This document shows positions 16,301 to 27,500 of a stretch of DNA of 64,000 bases, piece by piece. The DNA comes from Ptychomitrium polyphyllum (lineage: Eukaryota): the NCBI GenBank assembly GCA_973851085.1, contig OZ316775.1:11780001-11844000 (forward strand), in the 5' to 3' direction. Position numbers and translations under genes: made by a program. The notes beneath the pieces were generated by a model. It saw only the letters and a list, made by a program, of their open reading frames with translations. It was not told where the DNA came from and made no database searches. Position 1 is the first letter of the stretch. The number at the start of each line of letters is the position of its first letter.

Positions 16301-19300
16301 AACAGGTATGCTGACGTAACAGTTTTCAGGCATGTTTCCTTCACTAGCCTTTGTTTTGCATACACTCTGATAAATCCATTGCTAACAGTGTAATTTTAAA
16401 ATTGCAAGGTCTGTATGAATCAAATTGAATGATGATGACAATTCACTTTTAAAGAAGTGTTGAATCATTTCTATTGTGTTTAATGGCATTGTCAATCCTC
16501 TTATCGACTATTTCATCAGATTATTACCTTACAAAAACTTCAAATACATAAAAAACTTGGCAAGAGGCTGTGCAGCCCAACTTTCCTGCCTATTTGAAGG
16601 AGAGTCATTCAAAGGACTCATTCAGAGAACTTTGTTTTCTTCTTGAATCTGACAAGAATCAAAATGGGTTCCTTCTTGAAAAGAATTGGTTTTTGAAAGA
16701 GCAAACTAAGTACATATGACCTTATTGACAGGTTGATCGAGTGATATCAAAGAGACTAGACCCAATAACAACACAAGTTTTATGATCCCAAAGTACGGCA
16801 ATAAAATGGAAAGAAAAAAAATTGTATATTGTCTCCCTGTCTGATCTTGGGCACCTCCAACAACAATATTTGACAGAACATATTGCTGCCAATGGCAGTC
16901 TGTTCACTAAAGTAGTTGATTTCTGAAGATCACTAAATCTTACAATTGCTACCCATGCTGGTGATGTCTTTTGCATCAACTACTACATCCTTTGCAGATT
17001 TTGCTTTAAGGGGATCTTAAGCAGCTTCTGAAACCACCTCATTAATTTCTTCATATTCTGTATATTCAGCCAGTGGTGTTCTCTTTTTGTCAGCAAATAG
17101 ATATACCATTGAGTTTGAATTTTTTGAGTTTTGAAAAAAGAATAAGCATTGGGTTTGATATCTTGATAACATGGAAGTGACGGGAGTTTCAGAAAAAAAA
17201 AAAATCAATCATTTTTACAATGGATAACGTAATGCAACAGAAGACAATTTAAACAGGTGCAAGTATCAAATAATTGATGGAATAAGAATAAGTGGATACA
17301 TAATGATTCCTTGCAACTCTTACAAAGCTCCTGACACAGCACACATTCAACATCACCAGTAGCTGCCTCCCCAATCCAAATAGTCATCAACATATTTTGA
17401 GTTTACTTTGTATAAATACATGAAGCTAACACACTAGATTGAGAACACACAAGAACTTTGTGTAAAAAAACACCATTTACCATGACATCCAATATTCAAT
17501 ATCCTAGTAAAAACATAGTCTTCTATCTGCATTTGTGATTTTAGCACTCAAGCTTACTTAATTTTTTAAACCAGTTCAGAAACGGCTTTTCTCATAGTGA
17601 TGGCATGAATGCTCTTTATTTTATTAACTCAACGAGCAAAATTGACAACAAATACATCGAAGTTTTGATGTCGTACCTTCTCTTTGGTCATCTCAATTAG
17701 CCTGCCACAAAGATATATACCATGTATAAGATCATAGAATAGTTGCAATCGGTCCTTCAACCACTATGCAACATATTATGATATCTTATGACCACAGGAT
17801 TGGACCTTTGTGAATCACGTAACAAACTCCTGGGATTGTTAAACACATGCATGAAATTGGTACAGTCAAAATATACCGTGTGCATAACATTGCTGGCATG
17901 TACACAACAGGAGCAGTCAGGGCAAGAACCTTGCACTCCACCTTCCACTTTTAACGAAAATTCGAGGTCACCAGCCAGAAACAAGGAAAGCCAAACAACA
18001 AATGCATTTTATTATATCAAGAGCTATTTTTTAGAAGAACTTCCTGTTAGTCAGAGAGCATGCTAAAATTAACCTTGTAAATCTAAACAGCTTCGTAAAT
18101 CATTTCACAGAAAGTATTAACGAATATGAAAAGGCATGAACACTACTCAAACGACTAGATAGAATGTAAGCAACAGGAATGAACGGCACAAAAAGCAATA
18201 CCTTATTCAGAACATATGGCTTCATCTTGGCACAAAGTCCATCAAGAAGGTCCACCACTCGCAACTCACTGACTCTAGCATGCATGCACGCATTTTCTAC
18301 ACAAAAGTAAATCAACATTTGAAGGAGCAGTTGGTGAGGAATAACAAACGTCAAGCAGATACTATTCCACTCAAGAAAGAAATGGGAGAAGCCGCACTTA
18401 TAATCAATCACTTTTCCTTCGCGCTAGCCTCTTAAATCAGGTCGGTGACGATAATCCGAATAATTTCGAAGTCTTTCCTGCAGTAAGAAAACAATCGAAC
18501 ATAGTTAGTTATATCCAAAACTTGTAGAGGTCAGACAGGGATATTCATAACCGATAATATGCCCCTATAATAAGGAATCGAAAAGACCTTAACCATCCAC
18601 ACAGAAATAAGTACAGTACACTGGCATGTTTCTGCTACACAAGCAAACTTGAGAAACGCTGATGCAAATTTGTTTCAACCATAGTAAGCGGACAGCTGGT
18701 ACGAATATCTCAACATCCGGCAATAGAAAAGAGAAGTTTTTTCCAACATGTATGACATCGGTGTACTTATGATGCACGACACTCAGAAGATTATGAGTAC
18801 AAGACGAAAGACTTAAAATTGGATACGAGTGTTTCAGTCTAGTCTACATATTCAACTGCTCTAGTAAGTGAGAAAGAGCCAAAAAGCTTGATGAAAGTTC
18901 CTCATTCTCGGATCCTGTCAACACACGCCTACCAACCTCTCAGGCTCTCACAGAGAGCACAAGAGAAACGCACAGTTGCAAGCGATTCCTTCAGCAGTGA
19001 TAGGTAGAGCATTGATGCTGTTAGTGCTCTTCACATGAACTGTAAATCCGAACTGAATCTATAAGAACAGACGTTGCTCATTAGACAGAAATTCATGTAC
19101 TGGAACATCTAAATCAAATTGCTCTTGAACCGTTAAGCAACATTAGTTACAGAAGCATTTCATCTCCAACCGACGCCAAGAACTACATACATCAAGCCTG
19201 TCAAAAGGAACGGTGTTCTTCGCAAAGAAACCTTGACCAACTCGTCAAATTCAAACTTGAAACTAAAAACCAGGACTGTAACACCTCAGATATCCTTTGA

Positions 19301-19518
19301 AATTATCAGAAATCTAAGAGAAACTACAACTGTTACAAAACTACCATCAAAAGAAATCCGTAAATAATCCCGAAAAGGCACAGCGCAGAACCAAAAAAAT
19401 TCCAATCAAACACAACCTGACGTGCACTGATCTTAAAAACCTCTCGAAGCTCCGATCCAGACGTTCACCGACATATTATACAACGAAACTCTTGGAGAAA
19501 GAAGAGCGAACAGATTAC

Positions 19519-19995
19519 CCAGATAGTGAACGCGTCGTCGAGTTGCGTTGCGAGAGTCTTGGAAAGATCTAAGCTTTCAAGGTGTGACGTACGTGCCCCT
19601 CTATCCCAGTACACGCTTCCGTGCTGGTGGCCGCAGCCAGAGATGGCACAAACCTTGTCGAAACGGGAATTGGCTTTTTCCAGCTTACTGAGCACGAGGT
19701 CAACTGCTTCCACCCACATAAGAACAGGGCCTGTAATGCGCCCTTCGACTGCAACATACACAGGATAATCTCGTTACAGGAAAACACTACAGAGCAAAAG
19801 AATATTGAGCTTAATGATGGCGACACATGAAGCTTTATCTGGATTTCTCTGTTCGAAAGTACGCATAAGCTCTCACCATGAGGATCTCTGTGGACACCAT
19901 CCTTGGTACCGTAATGCGGCAGCTCAGAGTCAAATTGCACCGATGCAAACGCATATGAGCGCAACTCTGCGTCCATTGCTGTGGCCTTCAGCGAT
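19519..19995 (-). pseudogene. Xylulose kinase (FGGY family) fragment, two exons: 19995-19877 and 19748-19519
   Basis: Spliced in frame with AG/GT ends: SLKATAMDAELRSYAFASVQFDSELPHYGTKDGVHRDPH|VEGRITGPVLMWVEAVDLVLSKLEK...AISGCGHQHGSVYW...QLDDAFTIW, matching the N-terminus of plant xylulose kinase 2. No first exon (LGFDSSTQ) or following exon (ESPIWMDSS) was found, and GSGQQHG is altered to GCGHQHG. Confidence 0.7.
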
Positions 19996-20774
19996 CTGCA
20001 CTGATACATCGCATAGCACCCCAAGACATCACTTCGCACCTCATTATCAGTACGGAGTTGCCGTCAAAGCAACGTATATAACTGTAGCAAGGGCATATAT
20101 TTTAACACTGCTCATCTGTCCATCAACGCACCCAAACTCTATCACGTCCAGACTTGCTTCAGGAGGGTTCGCAGCTCGTATTTTGCATCTGCAGTCTGCG
20201 CTTGCAAGGAGCGTTGGTGCGGAGTCAGCGTCGCCATCGATACCCTCAAGCTCCCGGGATCGCCTGAAATCGCTGACGAGTGAAGTACGGCGCTTCTACT
20301 TCTCTGTGCGATCAGTTTGAGTTTAGGAGTCGGCCAGTTTCGGTAAATATCTGCCTTCTTGTCGCCCTGGAATCTAGATTGTTTTTGCTCGCATCTGGTT
20401 GTGAGTCATATAACTCAGCTGCGAATGTCTCCGTGTGCTAGTGCTTTCTGGGGTTGTGCATGTGGATGTACGGTTGATTAGTGCTGGAGTCTGCACTTGG
20501 GGACTTGCTTCGTGATGATCTTCTTAGGAGCAAGCTCCCCTCATCTTCGGTTGTCAGAGAGTTTCGGAACGCGACTGAGTTCCAGCTCGACAGCTTGGAC
20601 AGCTATGTAAGGCACAAGCGCATGCATCCGGCAGGTGAACTAAGTGGATTTTCCAGAGTCGTGGAAGAGGATGCACGGAGCAAGCAACTCGGAATACTTG
20701 TCCGAATTGAGCGGGAGCACTGTCCGGGGCACGAAGACAGGGGAAGATGGTACTGTGTACTATTCTAGTGTACT

Positions 20775-21350
20775 GTGGAAGAGCAGATCAAGGAGTCCAA
20801 GGTGTACTGGAGCCTCCTGACGGAGTCTGATGCCATAGAAGACAGCGAGGAAGAGGCCGAAGTGAGCAACGTGCGAGTTTTCAAGGCTCTGCAAACCAAG
20901 TGGGGTGATCATTTCTTCATGGAGTCCAATCAAGGCGGACCAGGTGACTCGACGTTGCAGAGTGGGGAGAAGTTTGCGGAGGGCGGACAGTTAGAGCTCT
21001 ATGATGCCCACGTGAAGTGGGGGAATCCAATAAAGACGGAGGATGAGTATGATCGGAAAGTAGGGAGCGAGTGGGCGCTGAAGGTGTTCACGAAAGGGAC
21101 TCTCATGAGCCGATTGCAGTCCCAGTGGCCCCAAGGATTGCTCAAGTTCAATGCTGAGGAACTGGAGCATTGCCAGTATTTCCAAGGCTCTTGGATAGCG
21201 TACAGTGTGGGACATTATTGGAAGACCCCAGGTTTGTGTTTTTGTTTGGAGGGAGCCCTGAGAAAGATGAAATGAAGACAACCGGAAGATCATGGCCCGT
21301 TTTTGAAGGAGGATGTTGGCTTTATAATTTGCGGTGTTGCGCTTGGGACG
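20775..21350 (+). pseudogene. Protein kinase fragment (N-lobe), frameshifted and truncated
   Basis: GEKFAEGGQLELY (Gly-loop variant) and EWALKVF (subdomain II Lys). The frame shifts near 21180 into VQCGTLLEDPRFVFLF; no catalytic loop in this copy. Confidence 0.65.
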
Positions 21351-21659
21351 GTGTGGTTGCAAAGGTAAATTGATGGTGAGCAAAAGGTGAGCGGTTGCTG
21401 TGAGTGGTTAGCAGTGAGTCTAAAATTTGGAACTCTTTTTCGAACGTTCAAACTCAAAGTAGCCAAAATGTAAATACAGTAACTTCGAATTTTTATCTCA
21501 CCCAAGAAAATTGTAATAATTGAACATATCGCTACAAACCGTTTGTTGAAAATTTTGCCTATGTGCATGATGCTATAAATCCAGCACAGGTTAAAAACTA
21601 TGCATATAGACAATTAATCATTACAACAATAAGAAAACAAAAAATCAAATAAAAAATGA

Positions 21660-22500
21660 GATGAAGAGAATGACTATGATTGGAAAAAGAAAGAAACGAG
21701 TGGGTGCTAGAGGAGTTTAAGAAGGGGACTTTTTCAAGTCAAGTGCAGTTTTAGTGGCCTCTAGGATTGCTAAAGTTTAGTGCTAAGGAAATGGAAAATT
21801 GGAAGTCTCAAATATTTCTAAGATTCTTTAGTGGTATATATTGTGGACACTATTAGAGGATAATATATTTGCGTTTTTGCTAGAAGAGGAGCATTGCAAT
21901 TTATGTAGTTTAATTGAAAGCATGGTGGAATGAATAATAACATAAGATCATAGACTGTTTTTATAAGAGAATGTTAAAAGCCTAATGTATAGTACTGCAC
22001 TTGGAATGGATTGATTGTATAGTTGTAAGATTGTTCACAAAGACTTAAAGGCATCAAAGTATGTGTAACAAGCTAAAAAAGTAGTGATTTAAAGTAAAAT
22101 TACGTAGTAGAAACTATAAATGCTCAATAAGGATTTTTGGAAATAACTTTTTTTGAAGTTCCTAAGGTATTGTAGGTTTTGGGAAATTAGGGATTAAATT
22201 AAAGTTTGGAAGTGTTTACAAAATCAATTGACATGTATATTTATGAAATGACCTATCATGAAATTTTGATAGGAAAACTTCCATTTAAAGGCCATTATAC
22301 AAATTACTATAATTGTATCTTTAGTGGACAACATCCAATGTTGCTTACATATGCTAAAAATTGGATACAAAAGTTATTGTGTAGATTTTGGAATTTGAAT
22401 TGTGAGATCAAAACTTACATTTAGAAAGATATTGGATCTATTTTTAACAAATTCAATAGGAGTTAGAAAATATATGAATCACTACACAAAAGAATTTGGT
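21660..22500 (+). pseudogene. Second, AT-decayed protein kinase copy extending to the C-lobe
   Basis: 21670-21880 aligns at DNA level with 21040-21245. About 22000-22060 reads LGMD*LYSCKIVHKDLKASK (HRDLKxxN loop). ORF 22206-22424 reads FTKSIDMYIYEMTYHEILIGKLPF...LLCRFW (subdomains IX-XI). Multiple stops. Confidence 0.75.
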
Positions 22501-24404
22501 GAAAATCTCAAAACATGCACTTTACAAAAACTACAAATTATTGAAGATGTTTGTAGTAAGACATGTATTCATAAATATGTAAGGTATTTTAATATTTCCA
22601 AATCTTTCAAAATTGCCACCAAGTTTTATATATTCAAATAATAGTTTTAATGATTTTAAGTCCGTGTTTATAACACCATATTTTTCATAATGAAATAAAA
22701 CAACAATTTCAAGATTATCATAATAACTTGTTAAAATTTTAAAAATTAGCTTAATTTAAGCTAAATTGTTCATTTCATTTGCAAATCAAATGGCTTTTGG
22801 CTGAAGTTCATCTATTAGCAAAAAACTTGTTATATACCTTCAAAAATATTTTAAAAACTTAAACCTTTTTAAATCTAATTCATTCAAAGGATTATTTTGG
22901 AACTTCAAATTTTACCATTAAAATGAAAATGGTGTTTTTTTGTACATGGTTTCATTACCTAACTTACTTGAAATAGGATTATTTTTGTTGGTTCTAAACC
23001 GCAAGTTTGTTTAAATAACAAATTATCTATTTGATTTAAACATTAGCATTGAAGATTGATTAATGATTTAAATTATTTTTGTCATTAACATAATTGGAAA
23101 TAGAAATATTCAAAATGATCAAATGTTCTAATTACAATAGCAAACCAAATAATATATAAGTTTATGTCAAAATTCTTCAAATTCTTCAAATCATTGAATA
23201 TTATAAGTGCAAAAGATAAATATTATTTCAAACAAAATTGAAGACCTTTTTCATTTGAATTTCTTGTACTATAACATGGTAATATAAGGGAATCTAAAAA
23301 TATAATAAAAGATTTTACAATTTAAAAAACATCCACATTGTGGTCTATTCATATACTTAAAGTGCTCTTAATATTTTTAAACACCTTATATTACTTCTAA
23401 AAAAATATAAGTTTGATACTCAAAAATATGACTAGATTGTATATTTCATTGTATAATATTCTATAATTTTTGATAAATTAATTCTTAAGGGTTTTATATC
23501 CACTATTATTGGTTATTAGCCACTATAATATTCCAAATTGAAAAATTTATTGAACTTTTTACAATTGCCTAAAATCCATGTTTTTATACAATTTGATAAT
23601 TTTTCTAAAATGAAAAGCGTGAAATATTTTCTTTAATTTCTTGAAAAAATACTAACATTCAAATTAATGGTTATGGATGCTTCTTATTCATGTTTTTGAA
23701 TTACTCATTTCAATTTCCAAAATGTATAAGAATGACAATGAATTTTAAATAATTATTGTAAATCCTTTTATTACAACATCCTATTTTCATATCCACAAGA
23801 TATAAAATGGAAATATAGGCATATTAATCCTCATAAGTACATAGAACCCTCAGCCAAATGAATTTGAATTACTTAACCTTAAAAGATAGCAATAGGTGGA
23901 TTGAAGCATATTCTCTATACGCCTATAGAGCTTTAATCCTCTAGGGCCTGCAAAGGACATAAGAGTCCGTCAAACATATTTCTAACTCTGAAATGCAAAT
24001 GCAAACTCGTGTGTGTTCAAAACCAAAACATTGTACCAACTGAAACATAGCAAATGGTTGACACATCTCATTGGGTAATTCCCTTTTCACTGGGGTGCAC
24101 CTCTGTGGTAAAAAAACGTTTTCCCAGATTGCACACATGCCCATATTAGGGTTTGTGGAATATGCGTGCCTGGTTTATGGTCCCTGAAGCTCCGCTGCTT
24201 CGGAGCCCGGTGCAGCATCGCATGAAAGCAAGCGCCAGAAACGACGAGAGGGCGGGCGAGAGGAGGGAGGGAGGGAGGGAGGGAGGAGAGAAAATGACGA
24301 TAGGGCGGAGAGAGGTGTGAGCAAGAGAAAGAAAGTGACAGAAAGCGGAGAGCGGAGTGACAGAGCGAGGAGTTAGAGCGAGTGCAAGAGGAGAGAGAGG
24401 CAGG

Positions 24405-24443
24405 GGTTTAGGGGTTTAGGGGTTAAGGACCTGTTTAGGGTTT
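24405..24443 (+). promoter_or_regulatory. Telo-box-like cluster (TAGGGTTT and GGGGTTTA units) in the 5' leader of the NOM1-like gene
   Basis: ggggtttaggggtttaggggttaaggacctgtttagggttt. Telo-boxes are known in plant ribosome-biogenesis gene promoters and leaders. Confidence 0.55.
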
Positions 24444-24511
24444 GAGAACCTGTTGAGGACTCCGCAGCTTGCCAACCACAGGCGGGGACGGAGAGAGGAA
24501 GGGACTCCCAG

Positions 24512-27500
24512 ATGAAGAAGCCACACACTTCGGCTGCCCCTGCCCTCGGCAACCATGGTGCGTCACTTCTCTTCCTTCACAATCTGAGCTCTGATTTCAA
24601 ATTCCCCTCAGTTTTCTTCTGTGTCGGAGTACAGGGTGTCAGAGTGCTGAAATACCCACTAAGGATTGGAGTTATGCATGTGTGATATGGTCTTCACTGT
24701 GGAATGAGGAAGCCACTATGACATCCCCTATTTGCATCAGCCCTGCATTTGGCAACTTTGGGCGATAATTCTGCGTCTGTCTGTATTGCTGACGGGAGTA
24801 GTGTCTTTCTGTGTTGCTTGGAACCCTGATCGCTTTGTTGAATGCTTGTGCTGTTGTGCCCAGTATGAGTAACGATTTTTTAAGCTTTTGCCCTAATTTT
24901 GAGTAGGACTGTGGACGACTTTAGACGTAAGCGCATTTTGTAATTGTTCACAAGATGGGATCCTCTAGTCTTGTTTATATTCGCTGCATGGTTGAGGAGG
25001 TTGTTTTTATTTTTTTGCGTTTATTTTGTATTTAAGTGATGTAATTAGAAGGATTAGAATTTAGGGTTTAGGCCTTTGAGGTTTAGTGGGAGTGACCAGG
25101 TTTAGATTTTCCCGTGGATTAGATTTTCATTTCTGAGTTTGGAATGATGCAGGGGTCTTGGGCGCGAAGTCCAGGAGGGAGAAGAGAAAAGAAGCTAGGC
25201 AGGCGAAGTCCCAGCTGCGCAACCATATGTGGGTGTTACATCAAGCTGGGAAGAAAAAGAGAGCTGAGGAAGCAGTCGGACAGGAAGAGCCGAGTTTGAA
25301 AGTGAAGGAGGACAGTGGAGCTAAACAGAAGAAATCAACGGCTGTCGTTCGAACTATTGAGCGCAAAGACAGGCAAAGAAATGGGCTCAACAGGGACGTA
25401 CAGAAAGAGAAGAAAGGAAAAACAAAGTTTGAGGAGTTTCTGGAAAGGGACATGAAGAAGGCTGCGCTTCTGAATGCAGAGGCGGATTTAAAACTTGAGC
25501 GTAGGTTGGCGAAGAAGCTTAAAGTCAAAGGAGGCAAATTGGGGGGATTTGACGATGGCATGGCGGATATTCTTGACGGTCTTGGTGAAGGTGATGAGAT
25601 TCTAGACACCAAAGGAGACACGAGGAGCGAAAAGGCAGATGCAATTCATATAGATGACTCAGGCTTGGGTTCAGATGAGGAAGGAGAAGAAGATGATGTG
25701 ATTCGTATGGATGATTCTGTCTCAGGTTCAGACAAGGAAGAAGACGACGACGATATGGTTCATGTGGATGACTCTGGCTCGGGCTTAGATGAGGAAGGAG
25801 ATGAAGATGAGGCAGAGGACTCTGATGAAAAGAGTGAAGATGATGTAGACGCCTCTGTTGATAGTAAGGATGTTCTTCAAGTTGATGGAAAAATTCACAA
25901 GGAAGAAAAGGTGACAGAGAAAAGCGAACAGAAAGATGATGGTGCTACTGACATATATGGGAGGAAGAAAGTGGATGCAGCGGTGAAGTATGTGCCTCCT
26001 CACTTGCGAGGGAAGGCAAGTAATGCGTCTGAAGAGATGGTTCGTATCCAACGACGTCTTAGGGGTATGATTTAGAAACCTTAAATCTTGCGTTAGAGTT
26101 TAATGCGTTCTATGGCGTCCTCAAACATCCCGTATTCAACGTACTGTGTCAAATTGTTCCTTGCGTGTCAGGTGTGCACATTTTTTTCTTCATACACTGC
26201 AACATTGGTCGTCAGTGTTTCTCAAGCTTTGATTTTCTATTATCAACTTCTGGTAGTGTTTGCATGGATTACATACATTTGATTTACATAATTCTGTCGT
26301 TACAGGACTTCTGAACAGGCTCTCTGAGGCAAACGTGGAGTCCATAGCCTCCGATGTCTCTCTGCTTTTCCAGGTATGTATACTTCAAGGCTTCATATAC
26401 AGCAATTCTTTTCTATTTTGTTAGATCCAATATCTGCTATTGGAACGGACTGTTGAAAGATATAAAACTTTCCAGTTTTAAGTCTGTGCAGTCACTCTTA
26501 TTCAAGCATTTATATCCTATGATCTTTTACTTCGTAGTTTTTTTGCATCTTTTTTTTCCTAGTTTTCTAGCTACCCCTTTCTTGGTAATTTCTGATAGTT
26601 GACAATTCTAGATCTCAGCCCATATTAATTGGAGGTTTGATTTGTATATGCAACGGAGTACAGGTTTTCATTAATTTTTCAATCTACAATGTGGGGAAGA
26701 TCACTAATATGCTGCACTTAATGAATGGCAGGCACATGGACGACGAATGGTTACAGACTTAGTAATTGATGAAATCGTAGGTGCCTGTTGCGGAGGTCCT
26801 CGCGGGAATGACCAGTAAGTGTTTCTTTCTTCGTCCTTCGGCTATGGAAATGTTTTATTGAATATTGGGACGTTCGCAGTTTGTTTTAGTTTGGATGCTT
26901 TTGGATGTGAAAGATGAAATTTATTGAAGTCTGTTAGTTTTAGCTCGCAGAGATCTTGTGCTTTTTCTTATCAGTATAAATTCTTCTTTCTTTTCCTTTT
27001 TGGTGGCTTTATTTTCTTCGTTGGGTTTTTCCTTTAAACTCATCTATTGATAAGAATTCTTTGGTCTTTGTATATATCAAGAATTTACTGATCTTCTGTT
27101 GTGACTATTCAACTTACTGTAGGAGGTGCTTGTGCTGACAATATTGTATGTTGATCAATGCAGATATGCTGCAGTGTTTGCTGCCTATGTGGCTGGAACA
27201 GCAACAATGGTGGGAATGGACTTTGGAGCGAAGTTCTTATCATCTCTTGCAACTGCTTTTGAGGTAATTTTGAGCTGATAGCTTTGTTATATTGTTGGAG
27301 TGATTTACGTTTTTATCAAGTCACAGCTTTTGCGAACATTTTTGTTCACCAAAAGAAGAATAAACAATCATTTTAAAGTTATTCGGCATTAGAGCGCCTT
27401 TGAGGATCGTCAATGATTGAGAAGGTCACCTTCGTTGTGTGAAAACATAATTACATTTATGTCTTAACTCTCAGGCATGTATTTTCTTTGTTCCTGGTTG

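Noticed and set aside
25241..26051. Minus-strand ORFs of 126 and 88 aa
   Set aside because: Antisense shadows of the purine-rich NOM1 exon 2.
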